64,000 nt of DNA from contig MU054001.1 in NCBI GenBank assembly GCA_013239625.1, positions 7,510,746 to 7,574,745 of the forward strand. Reading direction: 5' to 3'. A program made the translations under genes and the position numbers. The notes below the pieces were generated by a model. It was not told the DNA's origin and did not search any database. It worked only from the letters and a program-made list of their open reading frames with translations. This DNA comes from Lama guanicoe (lineage: Eukaryota). Positions 1 to 12,357 of this stretch are shown piece after piece; the stretch's first letter is position 1, and every line of letters begins with the position of its first letter.

Positions 1-3000
1 TATATATATATATATAGTGGAGTTTGAAACTGAAAAGAAATTTTGTCTTCCCAACAAGCTAGTTGAAGGAGGGCTTTAATACACACTTCCCACTCAGAAC
101 TGAGCATGTGGAGAGACGTTCATTCATCTAGCACAAAGGGAACAGATTGCAGGAGAAACAATTTCTCTGGTTTCTCAGTTTGTTTCCTAGTGCCGCATTA
201 AAGATCCTGCAGTTTTCAATATATAAACGTTTGGGAGATAGAACCTCGCCATATATTTGTATGTAGTGGAATTTGCAACTGAAAAGAAACTTCATGTTCC
301 CAACAAGCTAGGTGAAGAATGGCTTTAACACACACTTATCTCTCAGAAAAGAGCATGTGGACAGACTTTTGTTCATCTAGCACAAAACGAATGGTTGATA
401 GACAGAACACATACCCTGGTTACTCAGTCTGTTTCTGAGTGCTGGTGTGAAGTTCCAGCAGTTTTCACTGTAAAATAATGTTGGAGCTAGTATCTCCCCA
501 TATATATATAAGTAGTGGAATTACCAAATGAAAATAAACTTTGTGCTACCAACAAGCTGTGCGAAGTGTGGAATTCACACACACATAACTCTCACTTCAG
601 AGCATGTGGAAAGACGTTCGTTCATCTAGCACAAAGGGAACGGGTTCAGGAGAAGGAATTTCATGTGATTCTCAGTCTGTTTCCTAGTGCTGGTTTGAAG
701 TTCTGGCAGTTTTCTGTGTAAAATCGAGTTGGAGCTTGAACCTACCCATATATAAGTATGTAGTGGATTTTTCAACTGAAAAGAAAGTTTGTGTTCCGAG
801 CAAGATATGTGAATGGCAGCTTTCACACACACTTATCTCTCAGAACAGAGCATGTGGAGAGACGTTCGTTTATCTAGCACAAAGGGAAGAATTTGCAGGA
901 GAACTAATTTCTGTGTTTTTTCAGCCAGTTTCCTAGTGCCGGTTTGAAGTTCCAGCATATTTCACTGCAAAAAAGTGTTGGAGCTTTTACATCCCCATAT
1001 ATATGTATGTAGAGTAGTTCCTGACTAAAATGAAACATTGTGGTCCCAAAAATAGGTTAAGGACGGCTTTCACAGACAGATATCTCTCCGAACTGAGCTT
1101 CTGGAGAGTCTTTCATTCATCTAGCAGAAAGGGAACTGGTTGCAGGAGAAACTATTACTCTGGGTTCTCAGTCTGTTTCCTAGTGCTGATTTGCAGTCCC
1201 TTCATTTTTCACTGCAAAATGGAATTGGAGCTTGTACTTCCCCATATATATTTATGTAGTGGTATTTATAACCAAAAAACACTGTGTGAACCCAAGAAGA
1301 TAGTTGAAGAAAGTCTTTCACACACACTTATCTCTCAGAACTGAGCATGTGGAGAGAATTTCGTTCAACTAGCACAAAGAGAACAGAATGCAGGAGATAT
1401 ATTTACTCTTGTTTCTCACTGTGTTTCCTTGTGCTGGTTTGATGTTCCTGCAGTTATCATTGTAAATCCGATTTGGAGGTACTACTTCCCCAAAAATATG
1501 TATGTAGTGTACTTTCCAACAAAAAAGAAACTTTGTGTTCCCAACAAGCTAGGTGAAATTTGGCTTTCACACACACTTGTCTCTCAGAATTGAGCATGTG
1601 GATAGAAGTTCATTCTTCTGGCAGAAACACAAAGGCTGACAGGTGGAACACACACTCTGGTTTCTAAGTCTGTTTCCTAGTACTTGTGTGACGTTCCAGC
1701 AGATTTCACAGTAAAATGTTGGAGCTAGTACCTCCCCATATATAAGTTAGTAGTCGAGTTTCTAACTGAAGGGAACTTTCTGTTCCCAACAAGCTAGGTG
1801 AAGGACGGCTTTCACAGACACATATCTTTCCGAACAGAGCTTGTGGAGAGAATTCCATTCATCTAGCAGAAAGGGAACTGGATGCAGGAGAAACTGTTTC
1901 TCTGTGTTCTCAATCTGTTTCCTAGTGCTGACTTGAATTTCCTGCAGTTTTCACTGCAAAATCGATTTTGAGTTTGTCCCTCCCAATATATATGTATGTA
2001 GTCGAATTTCTAACTGAAAGAATCTTTGTTTTCCCAATAAGCAAGGTGAAGGTGACTTTCACACACATTTACCTCTGAAAACAAAGCATGTAGAGGGACG
2101 TTCGTTCATCTAGCACAAAGAGAACTGGTTGCAAGAGAAACACTTTCTCTGGTTTCTCAGTTTATTAGTTCGGCTTTCATATTCATGTAGTTTTCAATGT
2201 AAAATCAAGTTGGAGCTAGTAACTCCCCATATATGTATCTAGAGGTGTTTCCAAGTGAAAAGAAACATTGTGTTCCCAACAAGCTAGGTGAAGGACGGCT
2301 TTCACACACACTTATCTCTCCGAAATGAGCTTGTGGAGAGACTTTCTTTCAATTAGCAGATAGTGAACTGGTTGCAGGAGAAATAATTCCTCTGGGTTCT
2401 CAGTCTGTTTCTTAGGGCCATTTTGAGGTTCCTGCATTTTTCTCTGCAAAATCGAATTTGAGCTAGTACTTCCCCATATATACATATGTAGTGGAATTTC
2501 TAACTGAAATGAAACTGTGTGTTCTCAACAAGCTAGGTGAAGTAAGGCTTTCACACACACTTATCACTCAGAACTGAGCATGTGGGGAGACGTTAGTTCA
2601 TCTAGCACAAAGGGAACAAGTTGCAGGAGAAATAGTTACTCTTGTTTCTCAGATTGTTTCCTTTTGCTGGTTTGAAGTTCCTGCAGTTTACAGTGTAAAT
2701 CCGAGTTGGTGCTACTACCACCCCATAAATATGTATGTAGTGTACTTTCCCACTGAAAACAAACTTTGTGTTCCCAACAAGCTAGGTAAAGGTCTTCTTT
2801 CACACACACTTATCTCTTTGAACTGAGCATGTGGAGAGACCTTCGTTCATCTAGCACAAATAGAACGGGTGACAGGTGGAACACATACTCTGGATTCTCA
2901 GTCTGTTTCCTAGTTCTGCTGTGATGTTCTTGCAGTTTTCACTGTAAAATATTTTTGGTGCTTGAACCTCCCTATATATTATTATGTAGTGGACTTTCTA

Positions 3001-6000
3001 ACTGAAGAGAACTTTCTGTTCCCAACAAGCTAGGTGAAGGATGGCTTTCACACACACTTAAATCTCAGAACTGAGCATGAGGAGAGATGTCCATTCATAT
3101 AGCAAAAAGGGATCGGGTAGCATGAGATACAATTACTCTGGATTCTCAGTCCATTTCCTAGTGCCGGTTTAATGTTCGGGAATTTACTCTGTAAAACCGA
3201 TTTGGAGATGGTACCTCCTTATATATATATATGTAGAATTCTTTCCAAATGAAAAGAATCAAGGTGTTCCCAACAAGCTAGGTGAAGGAGGGCTTTCACA
3301 TACACTTAACTCTAAGAACTGAGTATGTGGAGAGACGTTCGTTCATCTATCACAAATGGAACGAGTTGAAGGAGAAACACTAACACTGGGTTCCCAGTTG
3401 TGTCCTAGTGCCGGTTTGAAGTTCCTGCTGTTTTCACTGTAAAACAGATTTTGAGCTAATTTCGTCCCATGTGTAAGTATGTATTCTAGTTTCCAACTGA
3501 AAAGAAATTTCCTGTTCCCAACAAGTTAGGTGATCAACGGCTTTCAAACTCACTTATCTTTCAGAAATAAGCATGTTGAGAGACTTTTCTTCATCTAGCA
3601 CAAAGGGAACGGGTTGCTGGAGAAACACATACTCTGGATTCTCAGTCTGTTTCCTAGTGCCAGTTTGAATTTCCTGCAATTTTCACTATAAAATCGTGTT
3701 GGAGTTTGTACATTCCCATATATATGTGCAAAGTGGAGTTTCCATCTGAAAATAAACTTTGTGTTCCCATCAAGCTAGGTGAAGTACAGTTTTCACACAC
3801 AATTTTATCTCAGAACTGAGCATGTGGAGAGACTTTCTTTCATCTTGCACAAAGGGACCATGTTGCAGGTGAAACACTTACTATGGTTTCTCAGTCGGTT
3901 TCCAAGTGCCTGTTTGAAATTCCCGCAGTTTTCACTGAAAAACAGAGTGGGAGCTAGTATCTCCCCATATATATGTATGTTGTGTAGCTTCCAATGGAAA
4001 AGAAACTTTGTTTCCCAACAAGCTAGGTGAAAGACGGCTTTCACACACACATATGTCTCAGAACTCAGCATGTGCAGAGACGTTCGTTCATCTAGCACAA
4101 ACAGAAGAGTTTGCAGGAGAAACACTTACTCTGGTTTCTCAGCGTGTTTCCTAGTGCCGATTTGATGTTATTGCATTTTTCAGTGTAAAATCGAGCTGGA
4201 GCTTGTACCAACCAATATAAACATATGTAATATAATTTTCAACTGAAAAGGAACTTTGTGTACACAACAATCTAGGGGAAGGTCGACTTTCACTCACACT
4301 TATCTCTTAGAATTGAGCTTGTGGAGAGCCTTTTGTTCATCTAGCACAATTGGAAGATTTGCAGGGGAAACACTTTCTCTGGTTTCTCAGACTGTTTCCA
4401 AGTGCCAGTTTGAAGTTTCTACAATTTTCACTGTAAAACCGTGTTGGAGCTAGTATTTCTCCATATATATGTATGTAGTGGATTTCCCAACTGAAAAGAA
4501 AATGTGTGTTCCCAACAAGATAGATGAATAACGACTTTCACACTTACTTATCTCTCAGATCTGAGCATGTGGACAGACGTTCGTTCATCTAGCTAAAAAG
4601 GAAAGGGTTGCAGGAGAAATATTTACTCTTGTTTCTCAGTCTGTTTCCTAGTGCCGGTTTGAATTTCATGAATTTTTCACTTAAAACTGTGCTGAAGCTA
4701 ATACTTACCCATATGTATCTATGTAGTGTAGTTGCCAAATGAAAAGAAACTTTGTGTCCCAAGCAATCTATATGAAGTGTGGCTTTCACACACACTTATA
4801 TCTCACATCTGAGCATGTGCAGAGATGTTTATTCATCTAGCACATTGTAAACGGGTTTCAGGAGTAATACATGCTCTGGTATCTCAGCCTGTTTCCTAGT
4901 TCCGGATTGAAGTTCAAGGTGTTTTTAATGTAAAAAGGAGCTGTAGCTACTACCTCCCCATTTATATGTATGTAGTGTAGTTTCCAACAGAGAAGAAATT
5001 GTTATTTCCCAACGAGCTAGGTGAAAGACGGCTTTCACACACACTTATCTCTTTGAAATAAGCATGTGGTGAGACGTTCCTTCATCTAGCAAAAAAGGAT
5101 CGAGATGCAGGAGAAACACTTACTCTGGTTTCACAGTCTGTTGCTAGTTCTGCCTTGACGTTCATGCAGTTTTTACAGAAAAACCATGCTGGAGCTAATA
5201 CCTATCCATACATATGGCTGTAGAGTAGCTCCCAATTGAAAAGAATCCTTGTGATCCCTAAAAGTCAGCTGAAGGGCGGCTTACACACACAATTTTATCT
5301 CAGAACTGAGCATGTGGAGAGACGTTAGTCCAGCTAGCATAAATGGTACAGGATGCAGTGTAGCACTAACACAGTTTTCTCAGTGAGTTTCCAAGTGCCG
5401 ATATGAAATTCATGCAATTTTCAGTGTAAAACTGAGCTGGAGCTTGTACCTCCCCATATATATATTTGTAGTGTAGTTTTCAAGTGAAAAGAACCTTTGT
5501 GTTCCCAACAAGCTAGGGTAAGGGTGGCAATCACACACAATTATCTCTTAGAACTCAGCATATGGATAGACATTCGTTCATCAAGCACAAAGGAAACAGA
5601 TTGCAGGAGAAACTCTTACTCTGCTTTCTGAGTCTGTTTCCTAGTGCCGCTTTGAAGTTCATGCAGTTTTCACTGTAAATCCAAGCTGGAGCTAGTGCAT
5701 CCCATATAAATGACACTAGAGAAATTTCCAACTGAAAAGAAACTTGGTGTTCCCAACAAGCTAGGTGAAGGTCGGCTTTCACACACACTTATCTCTCAGA
5801 TCTGAGCATCTGGAGAGTCTTTCGTTCATCTAACAAAAGGGAGCGAGTTGCAGGGAAACACTAACTCTGGTTTCTCAGTCTTTTTCCTAGTTTTGCATTG
5901 AAGTTCCTGCAGTTTTCACTGTAACACCGAGCTGAAGCCAGTACCTCCCCATATATAATTATATAGTGTAGTTTCGAACTGAAAAAAAAGTATGTCTTCC

Positions 6001-9000
6001 CAACAATCTATGTGAAGTATGCTTTTCACCCACACTTTTCTCTGAGAACTGAGCATCTGGAGATATGTTCATTCATCTAGCACAATGGAAACGGGTTTCA
6101 GGAGAAACAATTACTCTGGTTTCTCACTGTGTTTCCTAGAGGCTATTTGAAGTTTATACAGATTTCACTGCAATACCGAGCTGGAGATAGTACCACCTCA
6201 TATGTATGTATGTAGTGCAGATTCCAAATGAAAAGATTCTTAGTATTCCCAACAAAAGAGAAGAAGGACGGCTTTCACACACACTAATCTCTCAGAAGTG
6301 AGCATGTGGAGAGATGTTCGTTCATCTAGCACAAAGGAAACGGGTTGCTGGCGAAGCACTTACTCTGGTTTCTCAGTCTGTTTCCTAGTGCCGGATTGAC
6401 GTTCCTGCACTTTTCACTGTAAAACCGAGATGGAGGTTGCACCTCCCCATATATATGTATGGAGTGGAGTTTGCAACTGAAGAGAATCTGTGTGTTCCCA
6501 GCAAGCTAGTTGAAGGACGGCTTTCACACACGCTTAATTCTCAGCACTGAGCATGTGGAGAGACGTTCGTTCATCTAGCAAAATGGGAACTGTTTGCAGG
6601 AGAAACACTTACTCTGGTTTCTCAGTCTGATTCCTAGTGCCGGTCTGAAGTTCTTGCAGTTTTATCTGTAAAACCGTGTTGGAGCTTGTACCTCCCAATA
6701 TATAAGTATGGAGTGGAGTTTGCATCTGAAGAGAAACTTCGTGCTCCCAACAAGCTAGGTTAAGGGCGGCTTTCAGACACGCTTAACTCTGAGAACTGAG
6801 CATGTGGAGGGACGTTCTTTCATCTAGCAAAAAGGGAACGGGTTGCTGGAGAAACGCTTATTCTGGTTTCTCAGTCTGTTTCCTAGTGCTGGATTGAAGT
6901 TCCTGCAGTTTTCACTGTAAAACCGATTTGGAGCTTGTACCTCCCCATTTATATGTATGGAGTGGAGTTTGAAACTGAACAGAAACTTTGTGTTCCCAAC
7001 AAGCTAGTTGAAGGACGGCTTTCACACAAGCTTAACTCTAAGAACTGAGCATGTGGAGAGACGTTCGTTCATCTAGCACAAATGGTATGGGTTGCAGGAG
7101 AAACACTTACTCTGGTTTCTAAGTCTGTTTCCTAGAGCCGGTTTCAACTTCCTGCAGTTTTCACTGTAAATCCGATTTGGAGCTTGTACCTCCCCATTTA
7201 TATGTATGGAGTGGAGTTTGAAACTGAACAGAAACTTTGTGTTCCCAACAAGCTAGGTGAAGGACGCCTGTCACACACGCTTAATTGTCAGAACTGAGCA
7301 TGTGGAGAGACGTTCGTTCATCTAGCACGGAGGAACGGGTAGCAGGAGAAACTGTTACTCTTCTTTCTCAGTCTGTTTCCTAGTGCCGGTTTGAAGTTCC
7401 TGCAGTTTTCACTGTAAAACCGAGTTGGAGCTTGTACCTCCCCATATATATGTATGGAGTGGAGTTTGCAACTGAAGAGAAACTTTGTGTTCCCAACAAG
7501 CTAAGTGAAGGACGGCTTTCACACATGCTTAACACTGAGAACTGAGCATATGGAGGGACGTTCGTTCATCTAGCACAAAGGGAACAGGTTGCCGGAGAAA
7601 CAGTTACTCTGGTTTCTCAGTCTGTTTCCTAGTGCTGGTTTGATGTTCCTGCAGTTTTCACTGTAACACCATGTTGGAGATGTACCTCCCCATATTTAAG
7701 TTTGGAGTGGAGATGCAGCTTAAGAGAAACGTTGTGTTCCCAATAAGCTAGGTGAAGGAAGGCTTTCACACACGCTTATCTAGCTGAATTGAGCGTGTGG
7801 AGAGAATTTCGTTCATCTAGCTCAAAGGCAACAGGTTGCAGAAAAAACTCTTACTCTGGATTCTCAGTCTGTTTCCTAGTGCAGGTTTGAATTTCCTGCA
7901 GTTTTCACTTTGAATCATGGTTGGAGCTTTTTCCACCCCATATATATGTATGGAGTGGAGTTTTAACTCAAGGGAAATTTTTGTTCCCAACAAGCTAGGT
8001 GAAGGAGTCTTTCCCACACGCTTATCTCTCAGAACTGAGCATGTGGAGAGACGTAAGTTCATCTAACAAAAAAGTGAATGGTTTGCAGGAGAATCACTAA
8101 CTCTGGTTTCTTCTTCTGTTTGCTAGTGCCGGATTGAAGTTCCTTCAATTTTCACTGTAAAACGGTGTTGGAGCCACTACCTCCCCATATATATTTATGT
8201 AGTGCAATTTGAAACTGGAAAGAATCTTTGTGTTCCCATCAAGCTGGGTGAAGGACGGCTTTCACGCACTCTTATATTTCGGAACTGAACATGTGGGGAG
8301 ACGTTCGTTCATCTAGCACAATGGAAGGCAACGATTTGCAGGAGAAACACACACTTAGGATTCTCAGTCTTTTTTCTAGTACCAGATTGACGTTTCTCTA
8401 GTTTTAACTTTTAAAACTATTTGAAGCTCATACCTCCTCATATATATGTATGTAGTGTATTTTCAAGCGAAAAGAAACTTGGTGCTCTCAACAAGCTATC
8501 TGAAAGATGTCTTTCACACAGAATTGTATCTTAGTACTGAGCATATGGAGAGACGATCGTTCATCTAGCACAAAGTGACCGGGTTGCATGAGAAACACTT
8601 TCTCCGGCTTCTCAGTATGTTTCCTAGTGCCGGTTTTCAGTTCCTGCATTTTTCAATGAAAAACTGACTTGGAATTAGTTCCTTCCCATAGATATGTACG
8701 TACTGTCATTTCCAACTAAAGAAATTTTATGTTCCCATAAAGCTTGGTGAAGGACGGCTTTCACACGCACTTATCCCTCTGAACAGAGCATGTGGAGAGA
8801 CGTTCATTCATCTAGCACAAAGGGAATGTGTTGGAGGAGAAACACTTTTGTTTCTCATTCGGTTTCCTTGTTCCTTTTTGAAGTTCCTGCAGTTTGAACT
8901 GTTAAAAATATTTGGAGCATATACCTCCCCATAAATATTTATGTAGTCTTGTTTCTAACTGAAAAGAATCTTTGTGTTCCCAACAAACTGTTTGAAGGAC

Positions 9001-9918
9001 AGCTTTTACATACATTTATCTCTCAGAAATGAGCATGTGGAGAGACATTCGTTAATCCAGCACAGAGGGAATGAGTTGCAGGGGAAACACTTACACTGTT
9101 ATCTCAGTCTGTTTCATAGTGCCTGTTTGAATTTCCTGCAGATTTCAATTTAAAAACGAGTTGGAGCTATTGCCTCCCCATATATATGTATGTAGTGTAG
9201 TTACCAACCTAAAAGAAACTTTGTGTTCCCATCAGGCTAGGTTAAGGACGGCTTTCACACACACATATCTCTCAAAACTGAGCATGTGAATAGACGTTCG
9301 TTCATGTTGCATAAAGCCAACGGGATGTAGGGGAAAATTTTCTCTGGATTCTCAGGGTTTTTTTGTATTGCCTGTTTGAGTTTCCTGTAATTTTCACTGT
9401 AGAACAGTTTTGGAGCTAGTACCTCTTCATATACATTATGAAATGTTTTTTCCAACTCTAAAGAAACTTTGTGTTCCCAACAATCTATGTGAAGGTTGGC
9501 TTTCACACACAGTTACCTCTCAGAACTGAGCATGTGGAAAGCTCTTTGTTCATTTAGCACAAATGGAAATTCTTTCTGGAGAAACACTTTCTCTGGATTA
9601 TCTGTGTGTTTCCTAGTGCCGGTTTGAATTTCATGCAGTTTTCACTGTAAATCTGAGTTTGAGCTAGGACCTCCCCGTATATATATATGTAGTGTAATAT
9701 ACCTTTGAAAAGAAATTGTTCCCTACAAGCTACCAGAATGATCAGTTTCACACACACATATCTCCCAGAATTGAGCATGTGGTGATAAGTTCATTCATTT
9801 AGCGTAAAGGGAATAGTTTGCTGTAGAAACAATTGTCTGGTTTCTCAGGATGTTTCCTAGTGCCATTTTGAAGTTAATGCAATTTTCTCTGTGAAATCTA
9901 GTTGGAGCTAGTTCCTCC

Positions 9919-9954
<36 letters not shown>

Positions 9955-10191
9955 TGTGTATTTTCAGACACAATGGAATCTGTGTGTTCCCTACAAGCTA
10001 AGTGATAGATGGCTTTCACAAGCATTCAACTCTCAGAACGCAGCATGTGGAGAGGTGTTCTTTCATCTAGCATAAAGGGAATGGTTTGCTGTACAAATAC
10101 CCACTCTTATTTCTCAGTAAGTTTCCTAGTGCCAGTTTGAAGTTCACGCAATTTTCACTGTAAAACCGAATTTGAGCTAGTACCTCTGCAG

Positions 10192-10223
<32 letters not shown>

Positions 10224-12335
10224 ATTCCCATCTCAAAACAAACTGTATGTTCCCAACTAGCTGTGTGATTGATGTCTATGACTTATATTCTACTCTTACA
10301 ATAGAGCATGTGTAGAGGCTTTCATACAGCTAGCATAAAGAAAATGGGGAGCAGTAGAATGAATTACTTTGATTTCTCAGTATGTTTACTAGTGCTGGTT
10401 TGAAGTTCATGCAGTTTTCACTTTAAAACCGAGTTTGAACCAGTATTTCCACATATATATGTGTTTACTGTAGTTCCCAGAAAAGAAACTGTGTGTTCCC
10501 AGCAAGCCTGGTGATTGATCGCTCTCATGCACACTTAATTCTCAGAATTGAACATTTGGTGAGACACTCATTCATCTAGCATATAGGAAATGGTTTGCAG
10601 TAGAAACACATACTCTGATTTCTCAGTATTTTTCCTGGTGCAGATTTGTAGATCATGCCGTTTTCACCGTAAAACCGAGATGGAACTCTCCCTACTCATA
10701 TATATGTATGTATTGTAGTTCCGCACTCTAAAGAATATGTGTTTTCCCTACAAGCTAAGTGATAGATTGCTTCTGCACACATTCAGCCCTCAGAAATGAT
10801 CATGTGGGGAGACGTTCTTTCATCAAGCATAAATGGAATATTTTGCAGTAGAAACACTTACTCGGGTTTCTATTATGTTTCCTATTAGGGGTTTGAGGTT
10901 CACGCAGTTTTGACTGTAAAACCGAGTTGTAGCTAGTACCTCCCCATATATATGTATGTATTGTGTCTTCCCACTGAAAAGAAACTGTGTGTTCCCAACA
11001 AGCTAGTTGATTGACGGCTATCATACACACTTTTCTCTCAGAATTGAGCATGTGGAGAGACGTTCGTTCATCTAGCATATAGGGAATTGGTAGCAGTTAA
11101 ACACATACTCGGGTTTCTCATTATGTTTCCTTTGGCTGGTTTGCTGTTCATTCCGTTTTCATTGTAAAAGCGAGTTGGGACTTATACCTCCCCATATATA
11201 CGTATGTAGAGTAGTTCCCCTCTCTAAAGGAAATATGTTTTCCCTACATGCTATGTGATAGATGGCTTTCACACACATTCAAATCTCAGAACTGAGCATG
11301 GGGTGATGTGTTATTTCATCTAGTATGAAGTGAACGGTTTGCAGTTGAAACACTTATCTGGTTTCTCCGTATGTTTCCTAGTGTCGGTTTTAAGTTCATT
11401 AAGTTTTCAGTGCAAAACCTAGTTGGAGCTAGTACCTCCCCATATATATATATATATATATATATGTAGTGTATCTCCCCACTCAAAAGAAACTGTGTGT
11501 TCCCTACAAGCTGAGTGATATATGGCTTTTGCACACATTCACTCTCAGAACTGAGCATGTGGAGAAGCATTCGTTCATCTAGCATAAAGGGAACGAGTTA
11601 CAGTAGAAACACTTACTCTGGTTTCTCAGCTTCTTTCCTCTTGCCGGTTTGAATTTGGTGCAGTTTTCACTGTAAAATTACTTCGAAATAATACCTCTGC
11701 ATATATATGCATGTAGTGCAGTTTCCCACTGAGAAGAAATGTGTGTTCCCAACAAGCTAGGTGATTGACGGCTTTCACACACATTCAACCCTCCGAAGTG
11801 CACGTGTGTAGAGGAATTCGTTCATGTAGTATAAAGAGAATGGGTAGCAGTAGAAACTCTTACTGTGTTTTGTCAATATGTTTCCTAGTGCCAGGTTGCA
11901 GTTCATGCAGTTTTCACTGTAAAACCGATTTGTAGTTAGTACCACCACATATGTATTTATGCTGTGTATTTCTCCACCTAAAAGAAACTGTTTTTTTCCC
12001 GACAAGCTATGTGATTGACGGCTATCACACACATTCAATTTTCCAAACTAGGAATATTCAGAGGTGTTCATTCATCTGGCATACAGTGTATGGTTAGCAG
12101 TGGAAAGACTTACTGTGATTTCTCGGTATGTTTCCTAGTGCGGGTATGAAACTCATGCAGTTTTCTCTGTGAAACCGTTTGGAGCTAGTATCTCCACATA
12201 TATATGTATGTAGTGTATTTTTCCACTGAAAAGAAACTGTGTTCCCAAGAAGCTAGGTGATTGACGGCTTTCACACACATTCATCTCTCAGAATTAAGCA
12301 TGTGTAGAGGCGTCCTTTCATCTAGCTTAAAGAGA
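1..12335. repeat. Tandem satellite DNA array, ~248-bp monomer, ~50 copies, probably (peri)centromeric or subtelomeric heterochromatin
   Basis: The anchor GAGCATGTGGAGAGAC recurs at 102, 351, 600, 848, 1095, 1343, 1592 ... ~12297, with spacing mostly 245-250 bp. Other conserved blocks are CCCAACAAGCTAGGTGAAG, TTCGTTCATCTAGCACAAAGGG and TTTCCTAGTGCCGGTTTGAAGTTCCTGCAGTTTTCACTGTAAAA. The array runs off the left edge of the window. Confidence 0.98.
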
Positions 12336-12336
12336 C

Positions 12337-12357
12337 TATGTAAGCGGTGATCATGGC
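12337..12357 (-). pseudogene. ANO6: 5' stub of ANO6 exon 18, truncated by satellite
   Basis: ctgttttcctaccagcatag|GCC ATG ATC ACC GCT TAC ATA = AMITAY(I), versus human AMIIAFT. It sits in the expected order after exon 17 and runs directly into a satellite monomer. Confidence 0.75.

Noticed and set aside
1..12335. Many short ORFs in the repeat array; possible CRISPR-like or coding repeat
   Set aside because: There is no repeat-spacer alternation, since whole ~248-bp units are homologous. The ORFs are chance frames of satellite monomers, and the context is mammalian.
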